The notes beneath the pieces are model-generated. The model searched no databases and was not told the DNA's origin. It saw only the letters and a program-made list of their open reading frames with translations. A stretch of 62,026 bases of DNA, the filler included, from Choristocarpus tenellus KU-1152 (taxonomy: Eukaryota > Protista > Phaeophyceae): the NCBI GenBank assembly GCA_964200185.2. It is 7 parts of 7 records of this genome, joined end to end, with 100 filler letters (N's around TTAATTAATTAA, not from the genome) between each part and the next. Parts side by side here need not be neighbours in the genome. Positions count along the whole stretch, not along the records: positions 8,757 to 29,075 come from CAXNAD020000404.1; positions 29,176 to 37,034 come from CAXNAD020005483.1; positions 37,135 to 44,099 come from CAXNAD020006951.1; 4 more parts are not named here. One strand, 5' to 3'. Shown here in pieces: positions 25,536-39,874 of the stretch; within the stretch, counting starts at the first letter, position 1; the number at the start of each line of letters is the position of its first letter. Position numbers and translations under genes: made by a program.

Positions 25536-28500
25536 ATGAAGTCTAGCATCAAGACGTTCGACTTCTACAGGAAGATCCCGTTGGATCTTACGGAGACAAC
25601 TGTTCAGGGGGCATTGATGTCAGGATGTGCACTGTGAGTTCCTACTCGAGGCTCACGATTACCGCATCGTACCTCATAACGGTTGTCGTGAAAGTTGTCA
25701 ACCTCTCAACTGTTCTTGACCAAGGTTCCCCTACTTGCAAGTTAAAAAAAATTGGAAAGTTTCTTTTGCACTATCAAGGATCGATTTCGAATGCCGTGGA
25801 TGATAGTTGGCCCCAGGATTTGACTGGAGAGTATGAGTGCTTTGTGTTGTAGCGTTGTGCAATCACCTTTTCACTGTGTACTTCTGAACAAAACCATTCC
25901 CCCTTTGCCTCCCATCTTGCGCAGTTTTTTCATGTTGGTGTTATTTCTGTGCGAGCTCAGGGCCTTCCTTACCCCTGAAATGTACTCCACTGTGTCAATA
26001 GACACAAACACTGATTCCAGAGTGAGTTCGAACTTAAGGCATCCCCTGTATCTGAGTCGTGGGTAGTGGTAGCAAGGATCTTGCTCTGATGATATATTAG
26101 AAACAGAAGTTGCACAGTGAATTAGGAGCTTCAGTCAATCCATATTGGTTGGTGAAGCACATTTGAGGCTACACTCGTGCTGAAATGTAGATGAAATGAA
26201 GACTCAGGAGGCAAAATTTACCACTCTCGACCTCCGCCTAACGCGAAGCAGTCAACTACCAACTCTAGTGGGTCCTAGGCCATTCCACAGGCTTCTTGTC
26301 AAAAATTCAGGGACTGAAGACCGTAAAAAATGATTGGAATCTCTCTGCTGCTCAAGGACATAGCACACAGTAGTTCCCTATCTAAATTCATCCTCAAGAA
26401 CCTGCGCGTTGCTTCGCTTCAAGTTGTGGTGTCGTTTGTCCTCTCTCCACGATGTATACATTTGCCAACCTGGAGCACTGTTCTCCGCATTTACCACCTC
26501 AGCTGCGAATCAACTTCAACATCACAATGCTGGACCTACCTTGCGAGTTTACCAGCGTGGACGTCCTTGACGTGCTAGGCACAAACAAGATCAACATTAC
26601 AAAGAACATTGTGAAGGTGCGCACACGTCACAACCAAGTACACATGAGGTTCTATACGCTGCTGCACTACTTTTTGTCCTAACCCCAACAAGAGGATTCC
26701 ATGCAGCATCTCGATTAGAGTTACAGGTGTTGATTGAAAACTGTTGACACTCCGAGTTGCGACTGACTGCCTCTTTGGTGAGGTTGTGTGGTGACAGGGC
26801 AGGGGCTGACAATCTTTGTTGCCTCTCCACCCTCATGGCGTCCTGGTGAATGCATCAGCTTTACCGGTGTGGAAAACTGCACCTATTGTAATTAATCCTT
26901 TGAGATGCATGGAGAGGAATTTTGCCAAGTCTAATTGAACGAACAAGTGCGTACAACTTGTGTGGATAGTGGAGGATGGGGATGCAGAAGCTTGTTTCCG
27001 ACCATCACCCTTGTCCAATTTGACCATATATTAAGAGACACCACGTACACACAAGTGCACACGTATAATGCACGTGCAAGCTTGGGCAATTGCCATTGCC
27101 TGTTTACCCCTGTTTTTAGTGTTGATCCTGGCTATGCATTTGCTCAACTTCTGGCTATGCATTTGCTCAACTTCTGTTTTCGTTGTCTGCTTTGGAAAGT
27201 CCAGAATCTCGGACAATACCTCGTTTATTGCATTGCAAGGTGAAGATGCCTGAAAATGCTCTTAACCCTGCTTTCAAAAAGACTATCGAAGCCGGAGTCA
27301 TAGTAGAGCTCTGCTGCGGTGTTGATGTGTGAGCAGGGCCAACGCCATCCAGGCAAATGCACACTATTACATTATAGACTTGCGCCTGTACATATGATTT
27401 GCGTTCATGCCTACGGTATCCTTGCAGTGCACTACTCATGAAATATAAAGCATATGCACCCTCCTTCACTTCCATCTATCCCTCAAGTGGCATACGGATG
27501 AGAAAGGCATCAAGAGGGAGTTCCATGGCCGCAACCGTGAACAGGAGACGATCAAACATGACGAGCACCACAGGGACATAGAGGTGTGACATACGTATGG
27601 CACATGCCTGGGAGTGATGGGTGGGTGGCAAAGTTGGACAGTACGGTTAGGATCATGACTGCTACATGTACATGGTAGAGATGGGAGAGATACAGAACCA
27701 CAAGACTGTGTTGTCTTCTAGTCATTTTTGTTGAGGGGCGTTTGTGGACTGTTCTTGTTTTGACATTCGGTGGGTTTGACTAGACTGTTGGCAGATGGAG
27801 CTTGTGATCTGTTGCCTTGGACCCTCTTCCTCTTGTGTCCAACTTCGTTTTTTTTTGGGCTCCTTTTTGTAACCGTCCGATTTTTATTTTTATTTTTATT
27901 ATTATTATTATTATTATTATTTTTTTGGGAGACAGTGTCATTCAAACCCTTTGCACTGACCGGTACCCTACCGTGGGGATTTTAAAATTTTAAAATTTTT
28001 ATTTTCTAAATTTTCTAAATTTTTATTTGGTGTGGTGTTTTTTTCTCCCCAAGTGCAGGTAGATGTAGGATCCATGAGCACTATAGTGGTGCTTTTCGTC
28101 AGTTGTGAGATGGCTCGTACCCTTCCACGGTCTGTGTCCAACTTCATCACAAGTTCGTAATCATGGAGTACACGTCGCCCCTGGCGCTGAGGGTATACCT
28201 GCATACCTTGGCAATCATGTGACTAACAATGTAACCAACTGAATTAAATTGTCACTCTTTAGTTATTTGATGCGCAAGATCCGACGGTCATTGTTGGCCG
28301 TTATTCCGCGAGTGCAGGAAGGCGTGTGTGTTCATGTCGGTGACTCACAAAATACCTTCTGATGCCGCGTTGGAGGTTTTGAGTGACTCAGACCCCAATA
28401 GAATGTACCTACATCTTTTCCTGTGTCTTTGCCTATATCTTTACCTACATATTTGCCTATATCTTTTCCTGTATCTTTGCCTGTATCTTTACCTGTATCT

Positions 28501-29014
28501 TTGCCTATATCTTTTCATATGTATTACCTTTATACCTTTACACGCACACGCATGCATAGATAGGCACCATGTGCATAGATAGGCACCATACATACAGCAA
28601 GATGTCGAGAAATAAAGACATGGAATGGCCCGGCGGCAATATTTCTGTCTGGACTGGTCTTCTGTGGTATCTTCCCACAGCATCCACTGTGTTTGTCATA
28701 CCGTTTCACATTGATCAACATTGACTTGTTGAGACTTGTTGATAGTGCCCTGTTGATAGTGCGTGTACATGATCGAATACTTGTTTGTGTATATTACAAT
28801 CACTCTTTGCAGATAGGTAGGAGGAGCACAACAAAATTGACCCTCTCTGCCCTTCCATGCGTGCTCTCCCCCTTGCAATGACGGTCTGCTGTACCTGTCC
28901 TAATCTATGCTGCTTCCTCAGCTCGCTCACGAGGATGGGGAGCATGCCATCCCTCTCACGCTCAAAAACTTCAAGGAATTTGTGGACAAGAACCCCAACG
29001 TCATTGTGGACTTT
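25536..29014 (+). CDS. ERV41/ERV46-like + thioredoxin protein (PDI-C / PDIL5-type), 5' part; exons 25536-25633, 25925-26021, 26503-26616, 27488-27583, 28922-29014
   Basis: MKSSIKTFDFYRKIPLDLTETTVQGALMS + TM helix, LRINFNITMLDLPCEFTSVDVLDVLGT (ERGIC_N), then the start of a thioredoxin fold (IPLTLKNFKEFVDKNPNVIVDF). The contig ends before the expected CxxC motif. Confidence 0.85.
28408..28517 (+). repeat. Degenerate ~12-nt tandem repeat (CCTRTATCTTTN) in an intron
   Basis: Visible periodic units; explains the LYL/LCL low-complexity ORF. Confidence 0.8.
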
Positions 29015-29075
29015 GTGAGCTCCTCTAGCAGCACCATGACATTTGGTTTCATTTTTTTTTCTGTTCCCCCCCCCC

Positions 29076-29175
29076 NNNNNNNNNNNNNNNNNNNNNNNNN
29101 NNNNNNNNNNNNNNNNNNNTTAATTAATTAANNNNNNNNNNNNNNNNNNNNNNNNNNNNNNNNNNNNNNNNNNNN
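29076..29175. other. Artificial contig linker
   Basis: N44-TTAATTAATTAA-N44. Confidence 0.98.
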
Positions 29176-30757
29176 CTTTCCGCTTGCTTGCCGAGGCGCC
29201 CAAAACTTTCCACCGCAAAGGTGTTGAGGTTATATAATAAAATAACAGACAAACATGCTTTTCACACTGTTACTTTCTTAGAGATTTTTTTGACATGTGA
29301 ATAAATTTTCATTGGTTTTTGACCTGACACATGTGTAAAATCAGAGAGGATGATAATAAAATGTAGAAAAAATGTATTTTAATATCTATACTTGAAAGTA
29401 GGATAACTATAAATATAGAATATATCATTGATAATAACCTTGCCTTAATAATTGTATGTCGTCAGTGGATATGATCGATGACCCCTTTTAAGGGAACCTT
29501 GTTCCAACCCCTGATCTGTTCTCTTTTTGACTGACAGTATTTTTAAGTGAATCGAAAGTATCCTTTCACTGTATTTTTCCACTACTATTCGTTTTCTTCG
29601 TGATATTAATGGACTTTCCACTGAACAAGTTCCAGGTATTGACCGCAAAAGAATAAAAACGGCTTTATACAGCGGGGGAAAGAACTGGAAATACTGAAGA
29701 AATAATCAAAAACAGACTATTTATCATGATATATGATTGTTGTGATTTCATTCCTTTCCACACAAAACTTTCATTCTCCATACCTCCTTCCATACGTATT
29801 GAAGACCATAGTTTTCATTTGTTCATTATTAAGACTAACTTTCATATACCATAACTAGTGCTATACGTATTGTAGTTGTAGGTGAATGTATCCTGATTTC
29901 TTGTATACCGAGATGAAAAGCTATATATATATAAATCTATCTCGGAAGTTCTTTTTGAGGTTTACCATATTTCTATGTACTAACGTTCGTTTTGAAGTTC
30001 ATTGTGGGAACTTCTAATTTGGATGAACGATGCTCACATAAAGTACTCTCGGCATCTTTAAAAACATCTTCCTAAATTGTGGCACTAGAGTAAGTGAGAC
30101 CAAGTCAATTAGTAGTGATACAAGGAGGAACAAGGATTGTACGCTTTTGGTTTCCCAGCGAAGTCCCTCATCATAGTAGGAATTTCTACTAGGGATCCTT
30201 CGTCAGAACTACCCCTAATCGTGTCATACTTCATTCTTGCCTATCAGGATCTCATTCACAAAGGACGAATCTTGTCCAAGGCGATGTGAGTGTCGAATGA
30301 TATGTTCACCAATCATCATGATCCCTAGTCATCCTATCTTCTGGAGGATGCTTCGTCTGTACTAACTCTTTGCAATATACAGTATAAAGGGGGTTTACGG
30401 TAGGCGATGTGGAGTGCACTGGTCTGTTTCGAGACTGATATCCTGAACCAACCCCAGAGCCTATGGACTACGAGTTGTATAGTTGATAACCAATTTCCAT
30501 CTGCTTTTGTGCGGGAGACTCTGTGTTATGGTCTATGCCTGTGAAATCCTTAGTTGTCTTTGGGCAAAGCTATCGGTTGTTCTTTCCAGTAGACTATATT
30601 GCTGATGTTCTGTAGGTTGCTAAGAGTAGACTGGAGGCATCTGTTTCTTGTAAGTGCACTCGATTGATTAATGGCGGAATTTCCCCGACTTCTTCTGATC
30701 GCGCTGCTTGTGCTGTCTTTTGGTGTGTGAAGTCAGAATTGGCGGTGAGTAGGGGCT

Positions 30758-33700
30758 ATGTCAGAGGGAGGGAAGTATGCCCGACGTTCGTCGTTCTCTG
30801 AGTCTGTCGGAAATATTACCCCTGGAAGCACAGCAGGGAGTGCGTTCGCTCTGACGGAGGGAGATGCCTTCGATCGGGCATCGGAGCGTGTAGCTGACAA
30901 ATGGGGGGTGACAACCGCCGCACCAGCATCTCGAAAGGCTTCTAAGTGAGCTTCTTGTCACTTTATCTGCGAGATTTCTCGAGCACGAGCTTGAGTACTC
31001 CGTTGCATTCAGTTGCTGGCCTCCACTTCTTTTCAACTGCTGATTAATGCTTTGCTTATGTGTGTTCTCATATGATTGCAGCGTGGGAGGTGTGCGAAGA
31101 GCCAACAACGGACCGTCCCGAAGCAGTCGGGGGCGGGGCTATGCCGGAGACGTAAATGTCCATGTGGCCGCCCATGAGGGTGACCAGGAGAAGCTTAAGA
31201 AATACGTCGCTGCAGGGGGGGACCTTGAGAAGAGGGACAGTTACCAGGCGACAGCACTTTTGCTGGCAGCAGAAAAGGTAGTGTAGTAGTTGACGTAGTA
31301 CTGCTACTTTTTTTGATTGGTGAACATGCTCATGGTGTTATGTTTTGATGCTCTCCCTATGATTGTGTGGTGTTGAGCGCAGAGACCGGAATGCTACCAT
31401 TCCTACTGGGCTCGTAGAGGCATTGCAAGTCCCCACCCTGTATATTTTCCTACTCCCATCTGTTTGGGAATGGGGTGATGGGGTGACAACTGGTAGGTAG
31501 AGTGTGTGTAGAAGAGAGGAATATGTACGTATCTATTAATTTTCTTGTTTTTTTCTTGACAACTGATGGGAGCTCATGCCCTTGCCACCCACCCTGTATT
31601 TTATTATGGCACTCTTTACTATTTGCTAAATTTTTTATGTATTTTACTCACTGCAAATATTCAACGCATAGAGGAGTCACCGGTGGGGAAGCCCAATTGA
31701 TAGTTGGGGGTGTATGTAGCACTTGACACCTGACTACACACAACACACTCCCCTGTTACTAATTTGAAATATCTACCTCGTGCATCGAGCAGGCTAAATT
31801 TGACTGTGACACCACCTGTGCCAGTTCAAGGCATACTAGAGCCTCAAGTGGTGAAATTGGGGCAGTTCTATCCGTAAGGACTGAATGTACTCAATTTATT
31901 GCCTGATCAAGAAAGTGTATTTATGGCTCTAAGTAAGATGCATGGGCACATGTTGTCCCTGCATCAACTTGCGCCAACCAGTGCATCCTAACAGACCTGC
32001 CCTCCCACCTGTGGCAGGGACATGCTAAGTGTGTGGAATACTTGATTGAAAGTGGTGCGGATATTAAGGCGGGAGATGAGCACCAGTATACAGCGCTGCA
32101 TCTTGCTTCTTACTACGGCCGTGTAGAAGTGGTCTCCATCCTACTCAGGTTTGGCATCGTGTCCATTGCCTCAGCTCAAGGAAGGGGTGGTTTTGGGGAA
32201 TGTAACAAGCTGGGAGACACTTTGTGCCTTGGAATAGTGATGTGCATGTTATTGTGTATGTGTGCTTCTGTTTTTTATGTATTCCATTTTGCCTCAGATT
32301 CCCTTGAGTTGTATTGTAGTGTCAATATAGAAGGTTGGGATGAGGTGTTTCAGCTGTAATTTGAATTTAATTGTGTATATTCAAAGGGGCAAACATAGGT
32401 CTATCGGCCTTGGTTATTGAAATATTTCTATCAATCTGCTGGGCATTCACACAATTATCCACTCAAGGGGGGTGCATGTAATATGTCCAAATGCATATGA
32501 AATAGACTCCATATGAAATAGACTCCACATGACCATGGTTCGAAGTTGTATTGCTGATAATATGGCAGGAGCATTTCCACATCCCTGTGTGAATGAACAC
32601 ACTATCAGTAAAACTATCAGTAAAACTATCAGTAAAACTTTGATGACCATTTTTTATCTCTTGGTGTATTTTGTTGGATTTGACTTTGACTTCAAAGCTC
32701 GATCTCTGTGTGGGTCGGCTCGAAACAGATCTTGCACACACATTAAGAATCTAACCCTAACCCTAATCCCGCACTTGACAAATTACAATGTTTACACTAC
32801 CTTTTGACATTCCTGACAGGTACGGGGCAGATATCAATGCTTTGGATGACCGGGGGCGGGTGCCAAAACGCCTGGCTTCAAGGAAGGAGATCAGTCACCT
32901 TTTGACTGCCAAGGAAACAGAGCACAAGGTGAAGAGCCTATCTTGATTGTGGCTATAGGAAAAGCAATGTCTGAGCTAAACAAGCTGGTGGGCACTGGGG
33001 AGTCCAGGGTGGGGGAGGTGGGCGCTATCCTCAGGGTGAAAGGGGAGACTATTGAGGTTACGTGGATTGTAACACTATTTTTTGCCCTCGGGTCTATGTT
33101 ACACTTGCCTGGGAAATTGCTTGTTCTGTGAATTGCGATGGTTCATGTGAGTCGATCTGTTGACCCCTGGCCAGGCCCTGTTCCTTAAATTTCTTTTTTC
33201 TGTTGGGCTGGCCTTTGTGCTGGACATGTGAAGCCCTTGCCCAGCCTTGTTAGAAACATTTGAAACGCCAGAGTGGTCCTTGCGTCCTCTTGTCAACGTC
33301 TCTAGCTTTTCCTTTGGTGATGTTTCAAACTGCGATGCAGATACGCGTTCATTTCAAACAATAAAAAAATGAACACATAAATACAGGAATGAAACGATCA
33401 TGTTATTTAATCAGGGACTCACACCAAACATGTGCTTTGAAGTTTGAAATTTAACAAGTGTGAAAACACAGTTAGCAGGTCATATGTGAACCACCGGTAG
33501 GACTTGTTTGCTTGCAGGGGCTGCACAAACCAATCCACAAATCCCTGATATCTGCACCCCACTAGATCGTTATATTATGGTATATTGTGGTGTATTGTGG
33601 TGTATTGTGGTATATTATGGTATATTGTGGTATATTGTGGTGTATTGTGGTATATTATGGTGTATTGTGGTATATTGTGGTGTATTGTGGTGTATTGTGG

Positions 33701-36700
33701 TATATTGTGGTATATTGTGGTATATTGTGGTGTATTGTGGTATATTGTGGTATATTGTGGTGTATTGTGGTATATTGTGGTATATTATGGTATATTATGG
33801 TGTATTGTGGTATATTGTGGTGTATTGTGGTATATTGTGGTATATTGTGGTATATTATGGTATATTGTGGTGTATTGTGGTATATTGTGGTATATTGTGG
33901 TATATTGTGGTGTATTGTGGTATATTATGGTGTATTGTGGTATATTATGGTATATTGTGGTGTATTGTGGTATATTATGGTGTATTGTGGTATATTGTGG
34001 TATATTATGGTATATTGTGGTATATTGTGGTATATTATGGTATATTATGGTATATTGTGGTGTATTGTGGTATATTGTGGTATATTGTGGTGTATTGTGG
34101 TGTATTGTGGTATATTATGGTGTATTGTGGTATATTGTGGTATATTGTGGTATATTGTGGTGTATTGTGGTATATTGTGGTATATTGTGGTGTATTGTGG
34201 TGTATTGTGGTGTATTGTGGTTCGTGAGCGGAGTGGTATTTAAAAAAAATTATATGTGCCTCTTACTGGTAAAACTAATTTGTCATACGCCTTCAATGGT
34301 TTCTTCCATGGTCGTACTGTGCCACACACTTAACCCTAACCCTAATGCTTATTTGAACTGACCGGCCCCGGTTTAACAAATTTTGAGACCTGGCCTGACC
34401 ATGTCTGATGTATGTCTTATCTGGGTCACATCCTGAGAACTTGTGCTGTGAAATGTCTCATCTCATCATGACATTCTCTATTCTATGAAATTCTTGGACA
34501 TTTTTGTCTGAAGGCTCTGGCCTGGTCTTGTCTGAAATGCACACTTTTGTTGGTCATCCCATTATCCTGTTCCAGTTACACTCTCTGATTGATGTGAAGC
34601 CGTGCTTCTGATTGAAAATAGTAGGAGGGCACCGTGCTTCTTCCCACCCTGAAAAAGAAGTGTCCCAGTGGCTGTGTTGAGTGTAATATTGAGATTTGGA
34701 ATGGTGTGGTTGTTAATATTGCAATGCAATGGGGAAATTTCTTATTGTTGCTTTGTACTTGAAGGTATTTGTTGTTACAGTACATACTCTAGAGTGCAAT
34801 GAAATGTACAATGAAATGTACATTGTACATGGAATGACATACGGAATGAAGACGATCCAAGTATGTCGGCAGTGCAACATACCCTTTCACTCGAGCGCTT
34901 TGTGTAACCCAAACTTCCAACCTGATATCACGACCCTCAATCGAATAACCCAATTAGTTATTTCTCATGGAGATACTGCACAGGGGCATGTTCCTTATTC
35001 TTTGTAGAGCTTGACGTTCTTCTCTCTGACTCGAAACTGAAAAACTGATCCCTCAGCTTCAACTTCAACCTTGAACTATTCCACCCTCTTCTCTTGAATT
35101 ATTTTTTGTTTGTGTCTGATTTTGTGACCCTCTTTAGAGACGACATTCCTAATTCCGTGTGGAATGTGCTTCACCCGTTGCTAGAATTTTTTCCATCTAA
35201 ACAATCTGAATGCCATCGACAGATCACCACTGTATATATACTGTATATCAAGTCCATAACTTGTGCAGCTAAATTCTTCACAGATATCGTTCCCCTTGAT
35301 GCCCTTTGCTTCACAACAGAACACTTAAACCTGTTTCCCTAAAGGATTTTTTCCACTCTCAGAAAAAAAAAATGAGAGAAGAAACAGTCTGGCTTTTGCC
35401 ATCATAATTTATCCCCAGTAACATGTTTATTTTCTGTAGGGCAAGCAGCATGTGAGGATTCCCCATCTTCCTCCCCCCAAAGAAGAATAATTTTTGTTGC
35501 ACCTTCCACATCTGTCAACACACATGTCCTCATAATTCACCCATCGCTTCCCCCCCCCTCCCTCTCTTGTTCACAATTTCACTCGTGATGTCCCCTTGAC
35601 TGCAAACTTCTTGCCAGCTGGGAGTGGATATTCTCGAGGCTGTTGAGAAGAACGATGTGTCTTCCGTGAGCAGCTTCATTTCTGCCAAGGGAGACCTCAA
35701 CTGCAGAGGAAAAAACGACATGACTCCCCTTCATCTCGCCTCCTTTAACGGACTGACAGAGATTGTACGGTGAGATCAGGCGGATGTGGGTCCTAGGAAT
35801 GAGGTGGGGCAGGTGTGTGTGGAGAAGTGTCATTGTTTATTGGTATGAGGTACTGCCTCAAGCCTTGGGTAGGTGGGTGGGTGTTGTTAGGGAAGAGGGG
35901 GCGATGGGATGAGGATTGGGACACTTGGGTAGGTGTTGTTAGGGTGTTGTTAGGGTGTTGTTAGGGTAGTAATTTGTCTCCCGGTTGAAGAGATGCATGT
36001 TAACTGTTTTGGGCTGAATGTGTGTTCTTGTTTGTGTTGGTTCTTTTCACATTTTACTTGAGCTTTGATGTTCACGTATGCCAGTTATTTAGAAACAGCA
36101 GGCCTAACAAATTAACCCCCCAATAGAGATTGCCTTGTTCTTGCTGCCTTCTTTCAGCTTCCTGGCCTGCTTGTCGCTCTTGTTCCTTTTTTTTTGTTAT
36201 TTTTTTTTTGGTCTTTTGCAGTTGAGAACCGCTTCGCAAGGTGGAGGTCTTCCTTTTTTCTGTTCCTCTCTCCCTTCCATGACCACTTAACTAACTCACT
36301 ACTTTCTAATCCTGAACCAGGTGTTGCTTCCATGCTTCCACCCGAAGGACACCCGAAGATGCTCCTAACCTGAGCAACCTTGACCGTTTTCATTATCAAC
36401 ACCCCTATCTGCGACGTTTGACATTAGTAGCAACATAGTGTACATACATACATCACAAGAATGAACTCCACTTCTTAGTGCGTTGCCTCTCCTACTCCCA
36501 TCCCTACGCACTGTCTCCAATGCGATCTTGCAGCATCCTCCTTGAGGGAGGGGCTGATCCCAACTCTGTGGATGAAGATCGGGACACTCCTTTGCATTAC
36601 GCTTGCAGTAGTGGATCGGGAGAGATCATTGCCCTGCTCTTGGCCAAGGGGGCTGATCCATCTTCTGTGGATGGATTGGGACGAACTCCCGCTGAAAGGA

Positions 36701-36748
36701 GCATCCGCTCTGACATTCAAGACCTCCTGGAGGTGGAGTCGTACAAGT
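30758..36748 (+). CDS. Ankyrin-repeat protein, probably 3'-incomplete; exons 30758-30945, 31082-31277, 32018-32148, 32820-32928, 35618-35769, 36534-~36748
   Basis: Phase-consistent GT-AG exons give successive ankyrin repeats: TALLLAAEKGHAKCVEYLIESGAD, YTALHLASYYGRVEVVSILLRYGAD, MTPLHLASFNGLTEIVRILLEGGADPN, DTPLHYACSSGSGEIIALLLAKGADP. Confidence 0.88.
33571..34220 (+). repeat. Intronic minisatellite, 65 x 10-nt unit TRTATTRTGG
   Basis: Exact 10-nt period over 650 nt with no indels. Confidence 0.97.
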
Positions 36749-37034
36749 GTGAGTTTTTGACAGTTTTTGGCAGTTACGGGGTGATGGGGTTTAACTCGTT
36801 TCTCCCTTGCAGGGAGGTTGGGGAGGACTGGAGTGGGGGAGGGGACTCAGGATGTAGATGTGCGTTGGAACATGGTATGGCATAGGCTGTCCCTTGTTGC
36901 GTTCGAGACATTTTGATGGTGAATGGAAGTAGGATTGTTAAGTACCAGTTGTGAACTAGGGGTTGGGGGGGGGGGGTCCTATTTTTTTTCGTGAGAGGTT
37001 AGTGCCGGGTGGTACTTGCATCAGGACTCAGCTC

Positions 37035-37134
37035 NNNNNNNNNNNNNNNNNNNNNNNNNNNNNNNNNNNNNNNNNNNNTTAATTAATTAANNNNNNNNNN
37101 NNNNNNNNNNNNNNNNNNNNNNNNNNNNNNNNNN
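37035..37134. other. Artificial contig linker
   Basis: N44-TTAATTAATTAA-N44. Confidence 0.98.
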
Positions 37135-37201
37135 ATAAAGAGTCGATATGTTTTTTTTTATATTACAACACAATATAAAAAAAAACATATCGACTCTTTA
37201 T
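37135..37201. repeat. Perfect 30-bp inverted repeat with 7-nt loop at contig start
   Basis: ATAAAGAGTCGATATGT9ATATT-ACAACAC-AATATA9CATATCGACTCTTTAT. Confidence 0.95.
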
Positions 37202-39874
37202 CCCAGTCAATTTTGGGTCAAGTCCATCCTCAATTTTTGGAATCTGCTGTTCAATCATGGTGACTAGAAACTACTGAAGCAATACTTTGTGGAATGTATG
37301 TTTGAAATTAATTATAATGGTAACAAGTCTCAGGTATGTTCTGAGGATGTGCAAGGCCCTCACTGTAATACCATGGTCAAATACTACCTCTTAGTGGAAC
37401 TCTACAGTTTATTTTCTTCTTGTAAGATACTAGATTTTACCGATCTTTTTCTGGTTCTTTCTAATGGTCGTCTCCCTGCATCGATTTCGTTTCGGCATTT
37501 CTTCATACTTGCTGTACTGATGAAGATGTGAACAATATATGACTCCCTGGCATGTCCCGAGGAAAGCAAGAGTGCTATGTCAAACTATAATGCTACCTCA
37601 GAAATCAGTGACATTTCATCCTCTGATCAATTCCTATGATACACAAACATGCGTGTCATTTTCCCCCATGTCAGCATCTACAAAAGCTAATTCTTGGGCC
37701 TATCATAATACTCCAGAAAATACGGTACGAAAACCATGTGGCATGTACGCGTGTGTTGTATGCATACAACACGTGGGCAAGTAATATTTATTTTGCGTAA
37801 CATATCTATGCCAAAACCCTGATCGAAACCGGCCAAAGTCCAAAAATTATCCATAGAGGTTCGATGTAAAATGGTAAAATGATGTTGCAAAATTTTGAAA
37901 ATTTTGTACTTTGTTATGAATCTGAACACCTGTAGTCTCCAGTTAAGAATATGGATTGCAGCCTCCTCCGCTCTCCACATCTCCCCCTCAAACTCACCAG
38001 TTGCACCAGTCATGTTTCAGTACCGTCTACCATGCTAGCAAACCCTATTCTTGTACCTCGAAATACTCCTTTCTCTTTAATGTTCCTCTTTGAGTTTGAA
38101 TATATACTACTACCATCTCTGAGAAGGATAATACATAGATGTATCAAAATATGACAGTACACTGGATGGACCAAAGTGATCGAGTTAGTTTCACTAATTT
38201 ATTCGTAGTATTTCGACAATATATCATACTACCCTAACAAATTGTTTGCACAACAGAGAATTGTACTGTCTCCGTTCATGCCTTGTTCCACGTGTGTTGG
38301 GTTCGGCCATCCCATCACCCTTCGTTTCTTCCCCTCTTACAAGACTTCAAGAATCATTTGTCTCAGCATCGCTATATATCGACCTCTTGCCATCTTGTTT
38401 CAGGTTTCCTGCGTTTTATGCTATTGTGAAGACAGTATGTTTATGGTGCACAGGTGGACAACCCGTAGTGCTTACTACATGGACTTTGGATAATTAAAAC
38501 CATGTTTCTTGAAAAGAAGAGAAAAAACACGGTAACGGGCCGGTTCAGACCTTCTCATATACCTCCCAAAGAACGCTGGGCTCTAGAATTAGGATCAATG
38601 GCGAGGACAATCCTAGTGAGAATATTCCACGATCTGAAAATTGAATTATACCCCGTCAATCTTCCACAGAAAAAAATGTTATTTTTAATGTTTGTCCGAT
38701 TCATGATATCCAGTTTATGTCTTCAGTGCAATGTTGTTGGTCCCTCAAGACCACGTGCAGAAAATGAGATGCAGAAATCCACCCCATTTTTCCACTTGGG
38801 AAAAAGTATTGTCCCTGAAGAAATATGGTGTTTGCTAATGTACCCATGATCCTTTCCTCTGCTTTCACTGTCACATGTCCTGTTTATTGCCCTTCACAAT
38901 TCTTTCACCTCCCTTCCTCTGGTAAACCCGGTCAGAAGGAAGATGAATACTTCCAGCTAAAGCTGGAGACACGTGAGCCAAAGGCAGAGCGCAGCTTCTT
39001 TTAATAAACTATACTAGGTAGACTGTGTTGCGCTTGCTGGCAGGAGGAGATATATGTATCCGTCCACAAGGACTGAATTTGTCAAGGACAAATGCTGGGT
39101 TGTGTTGTCTGGGGAGTACATGGTGAAACAGCACTGATATTGACGCATTTTGCACAGCATGACACAGTCCTTGCAGAATAGAGCCAAGCATTTCCTTGGA
39201 TTTTTATGCACTAGTAGAAGCGTCTTGCGTAACACAGTTCAATCGTTGGATGCCATATACTTGGACAACAATGGATATTATCCCCCTGATATATTTTCGT
39301 GAGAAGAGACCCATATCCTATTGTGTGCATGTTTTTGAAAAGCGGCAGGAGAGCAACTATTGGTCTACCTGCTATGTGATGCGGGTCATACTATTATTGT
39401 TTTTCTTCACTGTGTTAATTGTGCGACTCCGAATGCTGCGTTGATTGACTTTCAAGCATCCAGAATACCTCCAAAATGGAATATGTGATATGTTGTGTAC
39501 GTTTGTACTTTGGGAAAATGTTTGATACTTCATCCATGATTTCTCTATCCTCAGGATGGGGATGCTGGTAGCATGCATCACACCCCTTATGTATACACGC
39601 TACCCCTCTCCTGTGTGTGTTCGTGCCTCGTGCTTTTTGTTTTTGCGTGATAAAAAAATGATCTATATTATCCCCATTATATACTCCTTAAAATTGGTAC
39701 AATCTCCATGCCATATGTCTGTGCCGCATTGTCCATAACGTTTAAAGATGAAGTTAACTTCTGAAAGAACATTTGGAATCCTTGACGAATTTCTGGTCAG
39801 CCACAGAAAAAGCCTCCATGTCCACCTTCGGCGTGTTTTCAAGCTCACCAGACAACCAACCGCCTCTTCCTTGC

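Noticed and set aside
33508-34361. Three 218-258 aa hydrophobic ORFs (YCGILWYIVV repeats), or a CRISPR-like array
   Set aside because: Translation of a stop-free 10-mer minisatellite inside an intron; there are no unique spacers and no cas genes.
32751-35968. Short CCCTAA/TTAGGG runs (near 32751, 34331, 35938)
   Set aside because: Only 2-3 units each, inside introns; not telomeres.
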